From Malacoraja senta (taxonomy: Eukaryota), in assembly GCA_038087875.1 (NCBI GenBank), contig JAXLNO010000440.1:62001-90026 (forward strand): a stretch of 28,026 nt of DNA, in the 5' to 3' direction. The notes below the pieces were generated by a model, which did no database searches, was not told where the DNA came from, and saw nothing but the letters and a program-made list of their open reading frames with translations. Of this stretch, positions 1 through 9,469 are shown one piece after another; positions within the stretch are counted from its first letter, which is position 1; the number at the start of each line of letters is the position of its first letter. A program made the position numbers and the translations under genes.

Positions 1-220
1 TAATTCATTTTTAAATGATAAAATCGAACCTGCACCCACCACTTCCACTGGGAGCTCATTCCACACAGCTACCATTCTCTGAGTAAAGAGGTCCCCCCTC
101 ATGTTACCCCTAAACTTCTGTCCCTTAATTCTCAAATCATGTCCTCTTGTTTGAATCTTCCCTACTACTCTCAATGGAAAAAGCTTATCCACGTCAACTC
201 TGGCTATCCCTCTCATCATT
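1..220 (-). mobile_element. CR1 LINE ORF2 C-terminal fragment
   Basis: Near-identical to 11140-11358, which translates as MRGLDRVDVDKLFPLRVVGKIQTRGHDLRIKGQKFRGNMRANFFTQRVVAVWNELP (CR1 C-terminus with TRGH and FFTQRVV..WN motifs). Confidence 0.85.
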
Positions 221-1812
221 TTATTATTTAAATCTTTTTATTTGAATTTCACAGCAATTTGCATACATACTATGATAACAGACAGTGACAGTCAAGGCAT
301 AATTGTGCAACAGTATGTAAGTGACCCTCAAAGCCCTTACCCTTACCCACCTTCAACCGACCCAAATCAGGTAGGAACCAAACGGGGACAAACAAACACT
401 CACATACGTACACATCCACACAAATATGCTAAGATAAACAAAACAAAAAGTGCTTAAAAAAAAAAAAAATTTAAATTAAAAAAATTGGGGTCACTAATAA
501 CAGTCAATAAGTAAGTAATTAAATAAATAAGTGTGGGGAGGGGGGGTTAAGGGGAGAGCAGCTACAGTAGAGCAAAACAATGGTGGAGAATACTCAGTCC
601 TCTTCCGAGTCCGGGGACAAGTTGAGATAGTTAACAAGTTCCAAGAAAGGTTTCCATGTATCTAGGAATGTCTTGGTAGAGCCTTTGAGAGAGAACCTAA
701 GTTTTTCAAGCTTTAAATTGTAAAGCACCTCCTTAATCCAATGGGCGTGTGTCGGGGGACAGGTGAGCCTCCAGTTAAGCAAGATCAGTCTACGGGCTAA
801 CAAGGTTGTAAAAGCTAGGACCCGTTTCACCGCAACAGAGAGGTTGGTGTTGGGAGGGGTACCGAAAATGGCTGACATTGGGTTTGGAGGAATAGTCTGG
901 CCGTAAGCTCTGCTTATCAAGTCGAAAGCGCTCCTCCAAAAGGCTGCTAGCTTAGAGCAAGACCAAAACATATGGCTATGGTTGGCAGGGGATTGATTAC
1001 ATCTGTTGCAGGTGTCCCTAACAGCGGGGTACATTATAGATAATCTTGCATTTGTGTAGTGGACTTTGTGAAGGACTTTGCATTGGATTAGGCCATGACG
1101 GGCACATATGGAGGAAAAATGGATCAAATCCAAGGCAGAGTCCCATTGCTGGTCTGCTAGTTTCGTATTCAGCTCATCCTCCCACGCAGCTTTTAATGAG
1201 GTATGAGATTTCAATATAACCGACCCTAGCAAGTTATACAAAATAGAGATGCATTTCTTCCGGTTGGGCTCTAGAGCTAAGATGGTATCGGTCAGGGTTT
1301 CAGGGGGGCGATTTGGGAAATGGGGGAATGTCTTCTTCACAAAATCCCAAATCTGGAAAAAAAGATAAAGGTGGGAGTTTGGGAGGCTATAGTTGGACGA
1401 AAGCTCCGCAAAGGACGAAAAGATGCCATCCTTGTATAGGTTTTTGATACTACTGATACCGTTGCTATGCCAGGTTTTGAATGCGTGGTCTGTACTTGAA
1501 GGTTTAAAGACGTGATTTTTAAGCAGTGGGGTCAAGATGGAAGGGCCTTGTAAACTAAAGTTTTTCCTGAATTGACTCCATTTCTTGAGCGGGAAGGACG
1601 CAATTGGGCCTGCACCCACAGATGTTATAGGAAGGGGAAGTTGGGAGCATAGAACAGACCGCAACGGGAGACGTGAACTCGCCTTTTCCATGTGTACCCA
1701 GGTCGGTAGGTGTTCGCAATCATCATTCATCCAATACAAGAGTTTTTGCAAGTTACCTGCCCAATAGTATCGCCTAGTCAGGAAGTGCCAAACCGCCGTC
1801 ACTCTTAGTAAT
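221..1812 (-). mobile_element. L1-clade LINE, 3' portion (ORF2 C-terminus with Cys-rich knuckle plus 3'UTR), 5'-truncated
   Basis: ORF 594-1802 has YYWA and CNRCNQSPANHSHMFWSC (L1 CCHC-like motif). An adjacent frame at 1777-1809 gives TKSDGGLALPD. AATAAA on the minus strand at 237-242 and an A/T-rich 3'UTR. Confidence 0.9.
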
Positions 1813-1848
1813 AAGGTGGATGAGTTATTACTCTTAGTAATAAGGTGG

Positions 1849-4030
1849 ATTCGTAATAAGGTGGATGAGTTGAATGTGCAGATAGCTATTAATGACTATG
1901 ATATAGTTGGGATCACGGAGACATGGCTCCAGGGTGACCAAGGCTGGGAGCTGAACATCCAGGGATATTCAATATTCAGGAGGGATAGACAGAAAGGGAA
2001 AGGAGGTGGGGTAGCGTTGCTGGTTAGAGAGCAGATTAACGCAATGGAAAGGAAGGACATTAGTTTCGAGGATGTGGAATCGGTATGGGTAGAGCTGCGA
2101 AACACTAAGGGGCAGAAAACGCTGGTGGGTGTTGTGTACAGGCCACCTAGCAGTAGTAGTGAAGTTGGGGATGGTATCAAACAGAAAACTAGAAATGCGT
2201 GCGACAAAGGCAAAACAGTTATAATGGGTGACTTCAATCTACATATAGATTGGGTGAATCAAATTGGCAGGGGTGCTGAGGAAGAGGATTTCTTGGAATG
2301 TATGCGGGATAGTTATCTAAATCAACATGTAGAGGAACCAACGAGAGAGCAGACTATTCAAAACTGGGTATTGAGTAATGAGGAAGGGTTAGTTAGCAGT
2401 CTTGTTGTACGTGCCCCCTTGGGCAAGAGTGACCATAATGTGGTTGAGTTCTTCATTAGGATGGAGAGTGACATTGTTAATTCAGAAACAATGGTTCTGA
2501 ACTTAAAGAAAGGTAACTTTGAGGGTATGAGACGTGAATTGGCCAAGATTGACTGGCAATTAATTCTAAAAGGGTTGACGGTGGATATGCAATGAAAGAC
2601 ATTTAAAGACTGCATGGATGAACTACAAAAATTGTTCATCCCAGTTTGGCAAAAGAATAAATCAGGGAAGGTAGTGCATCCGTGGATAACAAGGGAAATC
2701 AGGGATGGTATCAAAGCAAAGGATGATGCGTACAAATTAGCCAGAAAAAGCAGCATACCGGAGGACTGGGAGAAATTCAGAGACCAGCAGAGGAGGACAA
2801 AGGGCTTAATTAGGAAAGGAAAAGTAGATTATGAAAGAAAACTGGCAGGGAACATGAAAACTGACTGCAAAAGTTTTTATACATATGTGAAAAGAAAGAG
2901 TTTAGTTAAAACAAATGTAGGTCCCTTGCAGTCAGAAACAGGTGAGTTGATGATGGGGAACAAGGATATGGCGGACCAATTGAATAACTACTTTGGTTCC
3001 GTCTTCACTAAGGAAGACATAAACAATCTGCCGGAAATAGCAGGGGACCGCGGGTCAAAGGAGTTGGAGGAATTGAGTGAAATCCAGGTTAGTCGGGAAG
3101 TGGTGTTGGGTAAATTGAATGGATTAAAGGCCGATAAATCCCCAGGGCCAGATAGGCTGCATCCCAGAGTACTTAAGGAAGTAGCTCCAGATATAGTGGA
3201 TGCATTAGTAATAATCTTTCAAAACTCTTTAGATTCTGGAGTAGTTCCTGAGGATTGGCGGGTAGCAAATGTAACCCCACTTTTTAAGAAAGGAGGGAGA
3301 GAGAAAACGGGGAATTACAGACCAGTTAGTCTAACATCGGTAGTGGGGAAACTGCTAGAGTCAGTTATTAAAGATGGGATAGCAGCACATTTGGAAAGTG
3401 GTGAAATGATTGGACAAAGTCAGCATGGATTTACGAAAGGTAAATCATGTCTGACGAATCTTATAGAATTTTTCGAGGATGTAACTAGTAGCGTGGATAG
3501 GGGAGAACCAGTGGATGTGGTGTATCTGGACTTCCAGAAGGCTTTCGACAAGGTCCCGCATAAGAGATTAGTATACAAACGTAAAGCACATGGCATTGGG
3601 GGTTCAGTATTGATGTGGATAGAGAATTGGCTGGCAAACAGGAAGCAAAGAGTAGGAGTAAACGGGTCCTTTTCACAATGGCAGGCAGTGACTAGTGGGG
3701 TACCGCAAGGCTCAGTGCTGGGACCCCAGCTATTTACAATATATATTAATGAGCTGGATGAGGGAATTGAAGGCAATATCTCCAAGTTTGCGGATGACAC
3801 TAAGCTGGGGGGCAGTTTCCGGCGGCGGTCATACACTCGGCTCACTCGGGCTGTGAGGTCACTCGGGCGTCACGTTGAGTATAGGAGCAGGGAGGTTCTA
3901 GTGCAGTTGTACAGGGTCTTGGTGAGACCACACCTGGAGTATTGCATACAGTTTTGGTCTCCAAATCTGAGGAAGGACATTATTGCCATAGAGGGAGTGC
4001 AGAGAAGGTTCACCAGACTGATTCCTGAGA
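1849..4030 (+). mobile_element. CR1 LINE ORF2 (AP endonuclease + reverse transcriptase), 5'-truncated, one nonsense codon, internal replacement
   Basis: APE motifs GITETWL, GGGVAL, GVVYRPP, MGDFN, SDHN; RT motifs [31 protein letters not shown]. ORFs 1816-2595 and 2614-4188 share a frame, split by TGA at 2593 (TGG in the sister copy at 19631). Confidence 0.95.
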
Positions 4031-4597
4031 TGGTCGTCAGCTCCATGTGTGAAGGGGAGGTGGCCGGGTTCACCTGTGACACGCAGGTAGGGAATCCCCC
4101 CGTACCTCCCCTACACCCACATACCCCTCCTGGGGCTACCATTGTGTTACATACGTTGAATTGTACATCACTTTCACTGGTTAGCTGATATACTGAACAC
4201 TGCAACCCTGTATATCCCGCACACAGAATAATGTGAGTTCTATAAATCTTACTATGCATGTCAGAAATAAAGTGTTAACCATGTTAATGGATTGCTATTA
4301 TGAATTATTAGTGCAACATTGGTGCCATATGCTGCTAATGTGTCGTTATCAGATATTCAGTGTTAAAAAGAGAAATAAATCACAATAAAAGCGAAAAGAT
4401 GTTCCTTGCACAGCATGCGGGGAGTCTGGCCCGGATCAGCACGGCCGAGACACCAGAGTGAAGTTGCGGGGAGGTTTACAATGTTTTTTTATTTAATGTT
4501 GTCCCTTGTCTAGTCTGAAATAAGGTTCATCATTGGATATAAAAATTGGAAGAAATGTAAATGTGTGTGTTATATGATTATATACATCTATATCACA

Positions 4598-4654
4598 TAA
4601 GCGACTTTGAGTCCTGAAAAGCGCTATATAAATAAAATTATTATTATTATTATT
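4598..4654 (+). mobile_element. L2-type (or L2-tailed SINE) 3' terminus
   Basis: TAAGCGACTTTGAGTCCTGAAAAGCGCTATATAAATAAAA followed by (TTA)n, resembling L2 3' ends. Confidence 0.6.
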
Positions 4655-4928
4655 CATATATGTGTGTTCTTTCCAGCACAATCTAATCAGTTGTATGCTC
4701 GCTGAATAAAACCATCCTTAAGTTATACATCATTTGTAAATCTTGCTCAAAACAAATTTAATTTGGTGAAATACTTAAATTAGATAACCCCGCCATAACA
4801 GACAGATCTCATTCCACTCTCTGCCTATTGGGAAGACCAGACCCATTTTATTGTTGAGAAACAACTCCATAGACACAAAAACATTAAGGAACATTCCAGG
4901 GCTAGAGCAACTGGAATCTTCATATTGC

Positions 4929-5001
4929 TAGGATCCGTTGTTGTGGACGGAGAGACGGGGACGTGAGCAGCCATTGAGGGTGGCCAGGATGCCGGTGAGC
5001 A
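4929..5001 (+). pseudogene. Inverted copy of the 5' part of the ZNF coding exon (5'UTR)
   Basis: 70/73 identity by manual alignment to the reverse complement of 7972-8044. Confidence 0.85.
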
Positions 5002-5147
5002 ACGGATCCGCCCGCCCGCCTCGGGTGTTTCCGCTCACGCACTCGGGTGTTTCCGGCGGCGGTCACACACTCGGCTCACTCGGGCTGTGACGTCACTCGG
5101 ACTCGGGCGTCTCCTCACTCGGGCTGTGACGTCACTCGGGCGTCACG
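5002..5147. promoter_or_regulatory. CpG-rich promoter-like repeat with CRE and ETS-like motifs
   Basis: Two GTGACGTCAC palindromes (5087-5096, 5126-5135), TTTCCG ETS-like cores near 5028 and 5050, a GC-box-like CCGCCC, and seven ACTCGG repeats. Confidence 0.5.
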
Positions 5148-5501
5148 TTGAGTACAGGCGCAGTGAGGTTCTACTGCAGTTGTACATGGTCTTGGTGAGA
5201 CCACACCTGGGGTATTGCGTACAGTTTTGGTCTCCTAATCTGAGCAAAGACATTCTTGCCATAGAGGGAGTACAGAGAAGGTTCACCAGACTGATTCCTG
5301 GGATGGCAGGACTTTCATATTAAGAAAGACTGGATAGACTCGGCTTGTACTCGCTAGAATTGAGAAGATTGAGGGGGGATCTTATAGAAACTTACAACAT
5401 TCTTAAGGGGTTGGATAGGCTAGATGCGGGAAGATTGTTCCCGACGTTGGGGAAGTCCAGAACAAGGGGTCACAGTTTAAGGATAAAGGGGGAAGTCTTT
5501 T
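5148..5501 (+). mobile_element. CR1 LINE 3' ORF2 fragment
   Basis: LLQLYMVLVRPHLGYCVQFWSPNL..RRFTRLIPGM..TRGHSLRI; closely similar to 11715-12060. Confidence 0.9.
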
Positions 5502-6016
5502 AGTAGCAATGTTACAAAATTTTGAGATTTTAAAAATAAAGTCTGCAATTTATCCCCTCAGGTAAAGCATAAAAGAAGTATAATTTGACCCTACACCTGC
5601 GCCTGTAGGGTCATATTGCTATTATTTTGCCAAATACTGCAGTTGTGAACAGTGTGATTAGATGAATGAATTACAGAGTGCAAGTGTAATACAAAATCAA
5701 CTCAAACACAGCACATGAGCCATTTTAAAAGAAATGATTAAAAAAACATTAAAAAAGAAATTTACCAGAGTCAAAATTTATAAACATTTTATTCTTTAAC
5801 AAGAATTAACAGAATTATGAACTAACAGAATTATGAATCTAACCCTATATCACACACACAAACTGTTCCCCCACAACGTTGATTACACTGCGGGTCGGGT
5901 CGGGTAGGTTCCGGTTACTGAAATGGACGAACAAAATGCCCACGTTCCGCTCCTTTGCGTACTACACGTCAGCCCATTGCATTTCGCAGGAGTGGCCTAT
6001 CTATAGGATCTTTGGT

Positions 6017-6220
6017 AGGTATTACCTGAATTTGGAGAGGTCAATATTCATACCGCTGGTTTGCAAACTGTCCAAGCGAAATATGAGGTGCTGCTCCTCC
6101 AATTTACGGTGGGCCTCACTCTGGCCATGGAGGAGGCCCAGGACAGAAAGGTAGGATTCAGAATGGGAGGGGGAGTTGAAGTGTTGAGCCACCGGGAGAT
6201 CAGGTTGGTTATTGCGAACC
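6017..6220 (-). mobile_element. Penelope-like element, GIY-YIG C-terminal fragment
   Basis: VRNNQPDLPVAQHFNSPSHS..RKLEEQHLIFRLDSLQTSGMN; homologous to 26133-26332. Confidence 0.9.
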
Positions 6221-6452
6221 GTGTGTGCGCGTGAGTGTGTGTGAGAGTGAGTGTGTGTGTGAGAGAAAGTGTGTGTGAGAGAGCAAGAGAGAGAGGGTGT
6301 GTGTGCATGTGAGAGAGGGAGTGTGTGACAGAGGGAGAGAGAGGGAGTGGGTGAGAGAGACGGAGCGAGAGAGGGAGTGTGAGAGAGGAGGGGGCACGAG
6401 AGGGTGGAGTGGAGAGAATTTGTGTACGAGGGGGAGAGGGGAGAGAGAGGAA
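6221..6452. repeat. GT/GA-rich microsatellite
   Basis: Degenerate (GT)n/(GA)n runs. Confidence 0.9.
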
Positions 6453-6460
6453 TGTATATG

Positions 6461-6580
6461 TGCAGCTTTAAGGGACATTGGTCAGGTAGCATTTACAGTA
6501 TTGCATACAGTTCTGGTCACTCCATTACAGGACTGATGTGGAGGCTTTGGGGAAGGTGCAGAGATGGTTAACCAGAATGG
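6461..6580 (+). mobile_element. Old, diverged CR1 fragment
   Basis: Decayed QLY..LVR.HL.YCIQFWSLHYR.DVEALGKVQRW.TRM-like sequence. Confidence 0.65.
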
Positions 6581-6586
6581 ATTAAA

Positions 6587-6732
6587 AACAAGGAACTGCA
6601 GATACTGGTTTACAAAAAAGGACACAAATTGCTGGAGTAACTCAGCGGGACAGGCAGCATCTCTGGAGAGAATGGGTGATTGAAGAAATGACCCGAAACG
6701 TTACCCATTCCTTCCAGCATTTTGTGTCTACC
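6587..6732. mobile_element. Short PLE pseudo-LTR-derived hairpin with degenerate hammerhead core
   Basis: AAGGAACTGCAGAT(A)CTGG..TGCTGGAGTAACTCAGCGGG shared with 12834-12900; inverted arms; TGAAGAA..ACCCGAAACGTTA at about 6681-6703. Confidence 0.75.
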
Positions 6733-6742
6733 TAAACATCGC

Positions 6743-7030
6743 CTATCCACGTGACAGGCTGGAGGAGCGGGCAAAGGCTTTGCCACTGAGCGGGCAGGTG
6801 AAGGGGCGCTGCCCGATGTGGACTCGCCGGTACTCCAGCAGGTGGTCAAGGCGGGTGAAGCCCTTACCACAGAACGGGCAGGGGAAGGGACGCTCACTGC
6901 TGTGGGTACGCCAATGCTGCCACAGGCTGGACATGCAGGTGAAACCCTTGCCACACTCAGAGCACACAAAGGGTCTCTCTCCGGTGTGTATCCGCTGGTG
7001 CTCCCGCAGCCCCCGTGCTCTCTTGTCACA
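6743..7030 (-). pseudogene. Frameshifted extra C2H2 fingers downstream of the ZNF stop codon
   Basis: Alternate frame reads HQRIHTGERPFVCSECGKGFTCMSSLWQHWRTHSSERPFPCPFCGKGFTRLDHLLEYRRVHIGQRPFTCPLSGKAF. Confidence 0.85.
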
Positions 7031-7916
7031 GTGGGAGGAGCTGCTCGCTGGCGTGGGTCCGACGGTGCTGCCGCAACCCCCGCGAGCTGTCAAACTCCTC
7101 ACCGCAGTACGGGCAGTCGTAGGGCTGGCCACTGGTGTGCGCGTGCTGGTGAGACAGGTCGTGGAAGGCCATGGCAAAGCGTTCCCCACGCACCGGGCTG
7201 GGGACGGGACGGTCGCTGGTGTGCACCCGCTGGTGGGACAGCAGCTTGGAGGAGCGGGTGAAGCCCTTGGCGCACTGGGCGCAGGTGTAGGGTCGCTCGC
7301 CGGTGTGGGTACGCTGGTGGGACAGCAGGTTGGTGGACTGAGTGAAGCCCTTGCCGCACTGGGTGCAGATGTAGGGACGCTCGCCGGTGTGAGTGCGCTG
7401 GTGCTGCAGCAGGGTGTCGGAGCGGATGAAGCCCTTGCCACACTGGGAGCAGGTGTAGGGGCGCTCGCCGGTGTGCACCCGCTGGTGGGACAGCAGCTTG
7501 GTGGAGCAGGTGAAGCCCTTGCCGCACTGGGCACAGGTGTAGGGACGTTCGCCGGTGTGGGTGCGCTGGTGCTTCAGCAGGTTGTCGGAGCGGCTGAAGC
7601 CCTTGCCGCACTGGGCGCAGATGTAGGGACGCTCGCCGGTGTGGGTTCGCTGGTGCATCAGCAGGTTGCCGGAGTGGGTGAAGCCCTTGCCGCACTGGGC
7701 ACAGATGTAGGGACGCTCGCCGGTGTGGGTGCGCTGGTGCACCAGCAGGTGACTGGACTGAGTGAAGCCCCTGCCGCAGTCGTTGCAGGTGTAGGGGCGT
7801 TCTCCAGTGTGAACCCGCCGGTGGATCTCCAGCTCGCTCGGGCACTGCCAGGCCTTGCCACACACGTCGCACTCATAACGCTTCTCCTTGTTGTGCCCCG
7901 TCATGGGGACCTCCAT
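7026..7916 (-). CDS. Tandem Kruppel-type C2H2 zinc-finger protein (296 aa; 9 canonical plus 1 degenerate finger; no effector domain in this exon)
   Basis: Repeated Y-x-C-x2-C-GKGF-x5-L-x2-H-x3-H with HTGERP linkers; GC-rich codon usage; ATG lies downstream of an in-frame stop within the same exon. Confidence 0.9.
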   Translation of the reverse strand: MEVPMTGHNKEKRYECDVCGKAWQCPSELEIHRRVHTGERPYTCNDCGRGFTQSSHLLVHQRTHTGERPYICAQCGKGFTHSGNLLMHQRTHTGERPYICAQCGKGFSRSDNLLKHQRTHTGERPYTCAQCGKGFTCSTKLLSHQRVHTGERPYTCSQCGKGFIRSDTLLQHQRTHTGERPYICTQCGKGFTQSTNLLSHQRTHTGERPYTCAQCAKGFTRSSKLLSHQRVHTSDRPVPSPVRGERFAMAFHDLSHQHAHTSGQPYDCPYCGEEFDSSRGLRQHRRTHASEQLLPL

Positions 7917-8048
7917 CGAAGCGCAGCCCCTCGAACCTCAGTCGCACACCGAGCAGATGGGGGGGGGGGGGTGCTCACCGGCACCCTGGCCACCCTCAAT
8001 GGCTGCTCACGTCCCCGTCTCTCCGTCCACAGCAACGGCTCCTAAACC

Positions 8049-8076
8049 CTGCAGGAGGAGAACACAGAGGGTCAAC
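8049..8076 (-). promoter_or_regulatory. 3' splice acceptor of the ZNF coding exon
   Basis: Minus strand TTGAC CCTCTGTGTTCTCCTCCTGCAG|GGTT: branch-like site, polypyrimidine tract and CAG. The exon starts at 8048. Confidence 0.75.
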
Positions 8077-8151
8077 AAGCTCGTACACAGGACATTACGA
8101 GCACATATTGGGTGCGTTTATGGTGGAGGAAACCGTTCAAAGACGTTCAGG

Positions 8152-8297
8152 GCGGTAGATTAATCGGCCTCAGCAAAATTGTTAAATTGTCCCTAATGTG
8201 CGTAGGATAGTGCTAGTGTACGGGGTGATCGCTGGTCGGCGCGGACTCCGTGGGCCGAAAGACCTGTTTCCGTGCTGCATCTCTAAACTAAACTAAA
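8152..8297 (+). mobile_element. V-SINE/HE1-like SINE, 3' half
   Basis: AAATTGTCCCTA.TGTG..GGACTC.GTGGGCCGAA.G.CCTGTTTCC CR1-like tail hairpin ending in (CTAAA)n. Confidence 0.7.
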
Positions 8298-8333
8298 CCA
8301 AAGGGTCTCGACCCAAAATGTCACTCCAGCACA

Positions 8334-8455
8334 TTCTCTCTGTTGCTCTCTCTCTCCCTCTGTCCTTCTCTCATTCTCTGTCCCTCTCTCTCTCTCTCTC
8401 TTTGTCTCTCTGTCCCCTCTCTCTCTGTCCCCCTCTCTCCATCTCTCTCTGTCTG

Positions 8456-8486
<31 letters not shown>

Positions 8487-8786
8487 GTCCCTCCTCTCTC
8501 TTTCTCTGCCCCCCTCTCTCTCTCCCTTTCTCTCTCCGTGGGTCTCGCTCTGTCCCCACCTCTCTCTCTCTCTGTCCCTCTCTCTCTCTGTCCCCTCCCT
8601 CTCCCCCTCCGTCTCTCTCTATCCCTCTCTCTCTCTCTCTGACCCTCTCTCTGCCCCCCCTCTCTCTCTCTCTCTATTGCTCTCTCTCTCCCTCTCTCCG
8701 TCCCTCCCTCTCTGTCCCTCTGCCTCTCTCTCTCAGTCCCCCCCTCTCTCTCTCTCTCTATCTCTGTCCCCCTCTCTCTCACTCTC
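8334..8786. repeat. CT-rich microsatellite
   Basis: Degenerate (CT)n/(CTGT)n. Confidence 0.95.
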
Positions 8787-8912
8787 TTTTTCCCTTAACA
8801 TATCTAAAGAAGCTTTTACTGTCCTTCTTTATATTCCTGCCCAGCTTCCCTTCGTACTTCATCTTTTCTGCCCATATTGCCCGTTCTGTTTCCTATAAAA
8901 GTTTCCCAATCC
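8787..8912 (-). mobile_element. CR1 ORF2 linker fragment
   Basis: Matches 27699-27836 (TTTTCCCTTAACATATCTAAAGAAGCTTTTACTG...). Confidence 0.85.
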
Positions 8913-9078
8913 TCTGTCCCCACCTCAATGAGTTCCGCGTCCGCCACGATGTGGAGCTCTTCTTCCATCGCCTCCGCCTCACACCGTTTTTCCATGGGAA
9001 GGAGTCCTCGCCCCCATTGATGATCCCTTTACCCGTCTCCAACTGACCCTCTACTCTTGGACCCTCCCCCCTCATGGC
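8913..9078 (+). mobile_element. Penelope-like element N-terminal fragment
   Basis: PHLNEFRVRHDVELFFHRLRL..FFHGKESS; homologous to 24975-25127. Confidence 0.85.
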
Positions 9079-9469
9079 CATTGGTACAAAGAACTTTGGG
9101 GGTCACCAACCGACATTGGAACGGGAGAACATTCTCAGCGGCTTGGACTTCCGAATCGGCCACTTCCTACCGGAGACCGCGGCTCCCGAAGTCCACAGGC
9201 TTAGCTGGTTGGAGATTCATGCTGGCGGCCCTCGGCAAAGGGACCCCATGGCTCCGCAATGTTGAAATCAGCGCGGCCCGAGGCTGGGAGCTCCGCAAAC
9301 CACAGCTCCATGATGTTGAAGCAGCAGGCCCAACACTCCAGAGCTTCAAACGGCGATCCAGCTAAGGCATCACCCGCTCCGCGATGAATCCAATATGTAT
9401 TTTAAAACCAACTGTTTAATGACAACATACAGTAGGATCTAAAAGTGTCACACTGTCACTGTCGGGTAG

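Noticed and set aside
4032..4400. Possible solo LTR or exon with AATAAA
   Set aside because: No TG..CA/TSD pair and no convincing splice or coding signal.
6780..8045. 421-aa plus-strand ORF and other long overlapping ORFs
   Set aside because: Antisense or shifted-frame shadows of the GC-rich ZNF repeat.
8318..9046. Leu/Ser- and Arg/Glu-rich ORFs (also near 6.2, 12.3, 13.9 and 15.0-16.0 kb)
   Set aside because: Translations of CT/GA microsatellites.
9079..9390. CpG-rich segment as the ZNF promoter
   Set aside because: No clear donor site or motif cluster; it sits between TE fragments and is more likely an unidentified repeat UTR.
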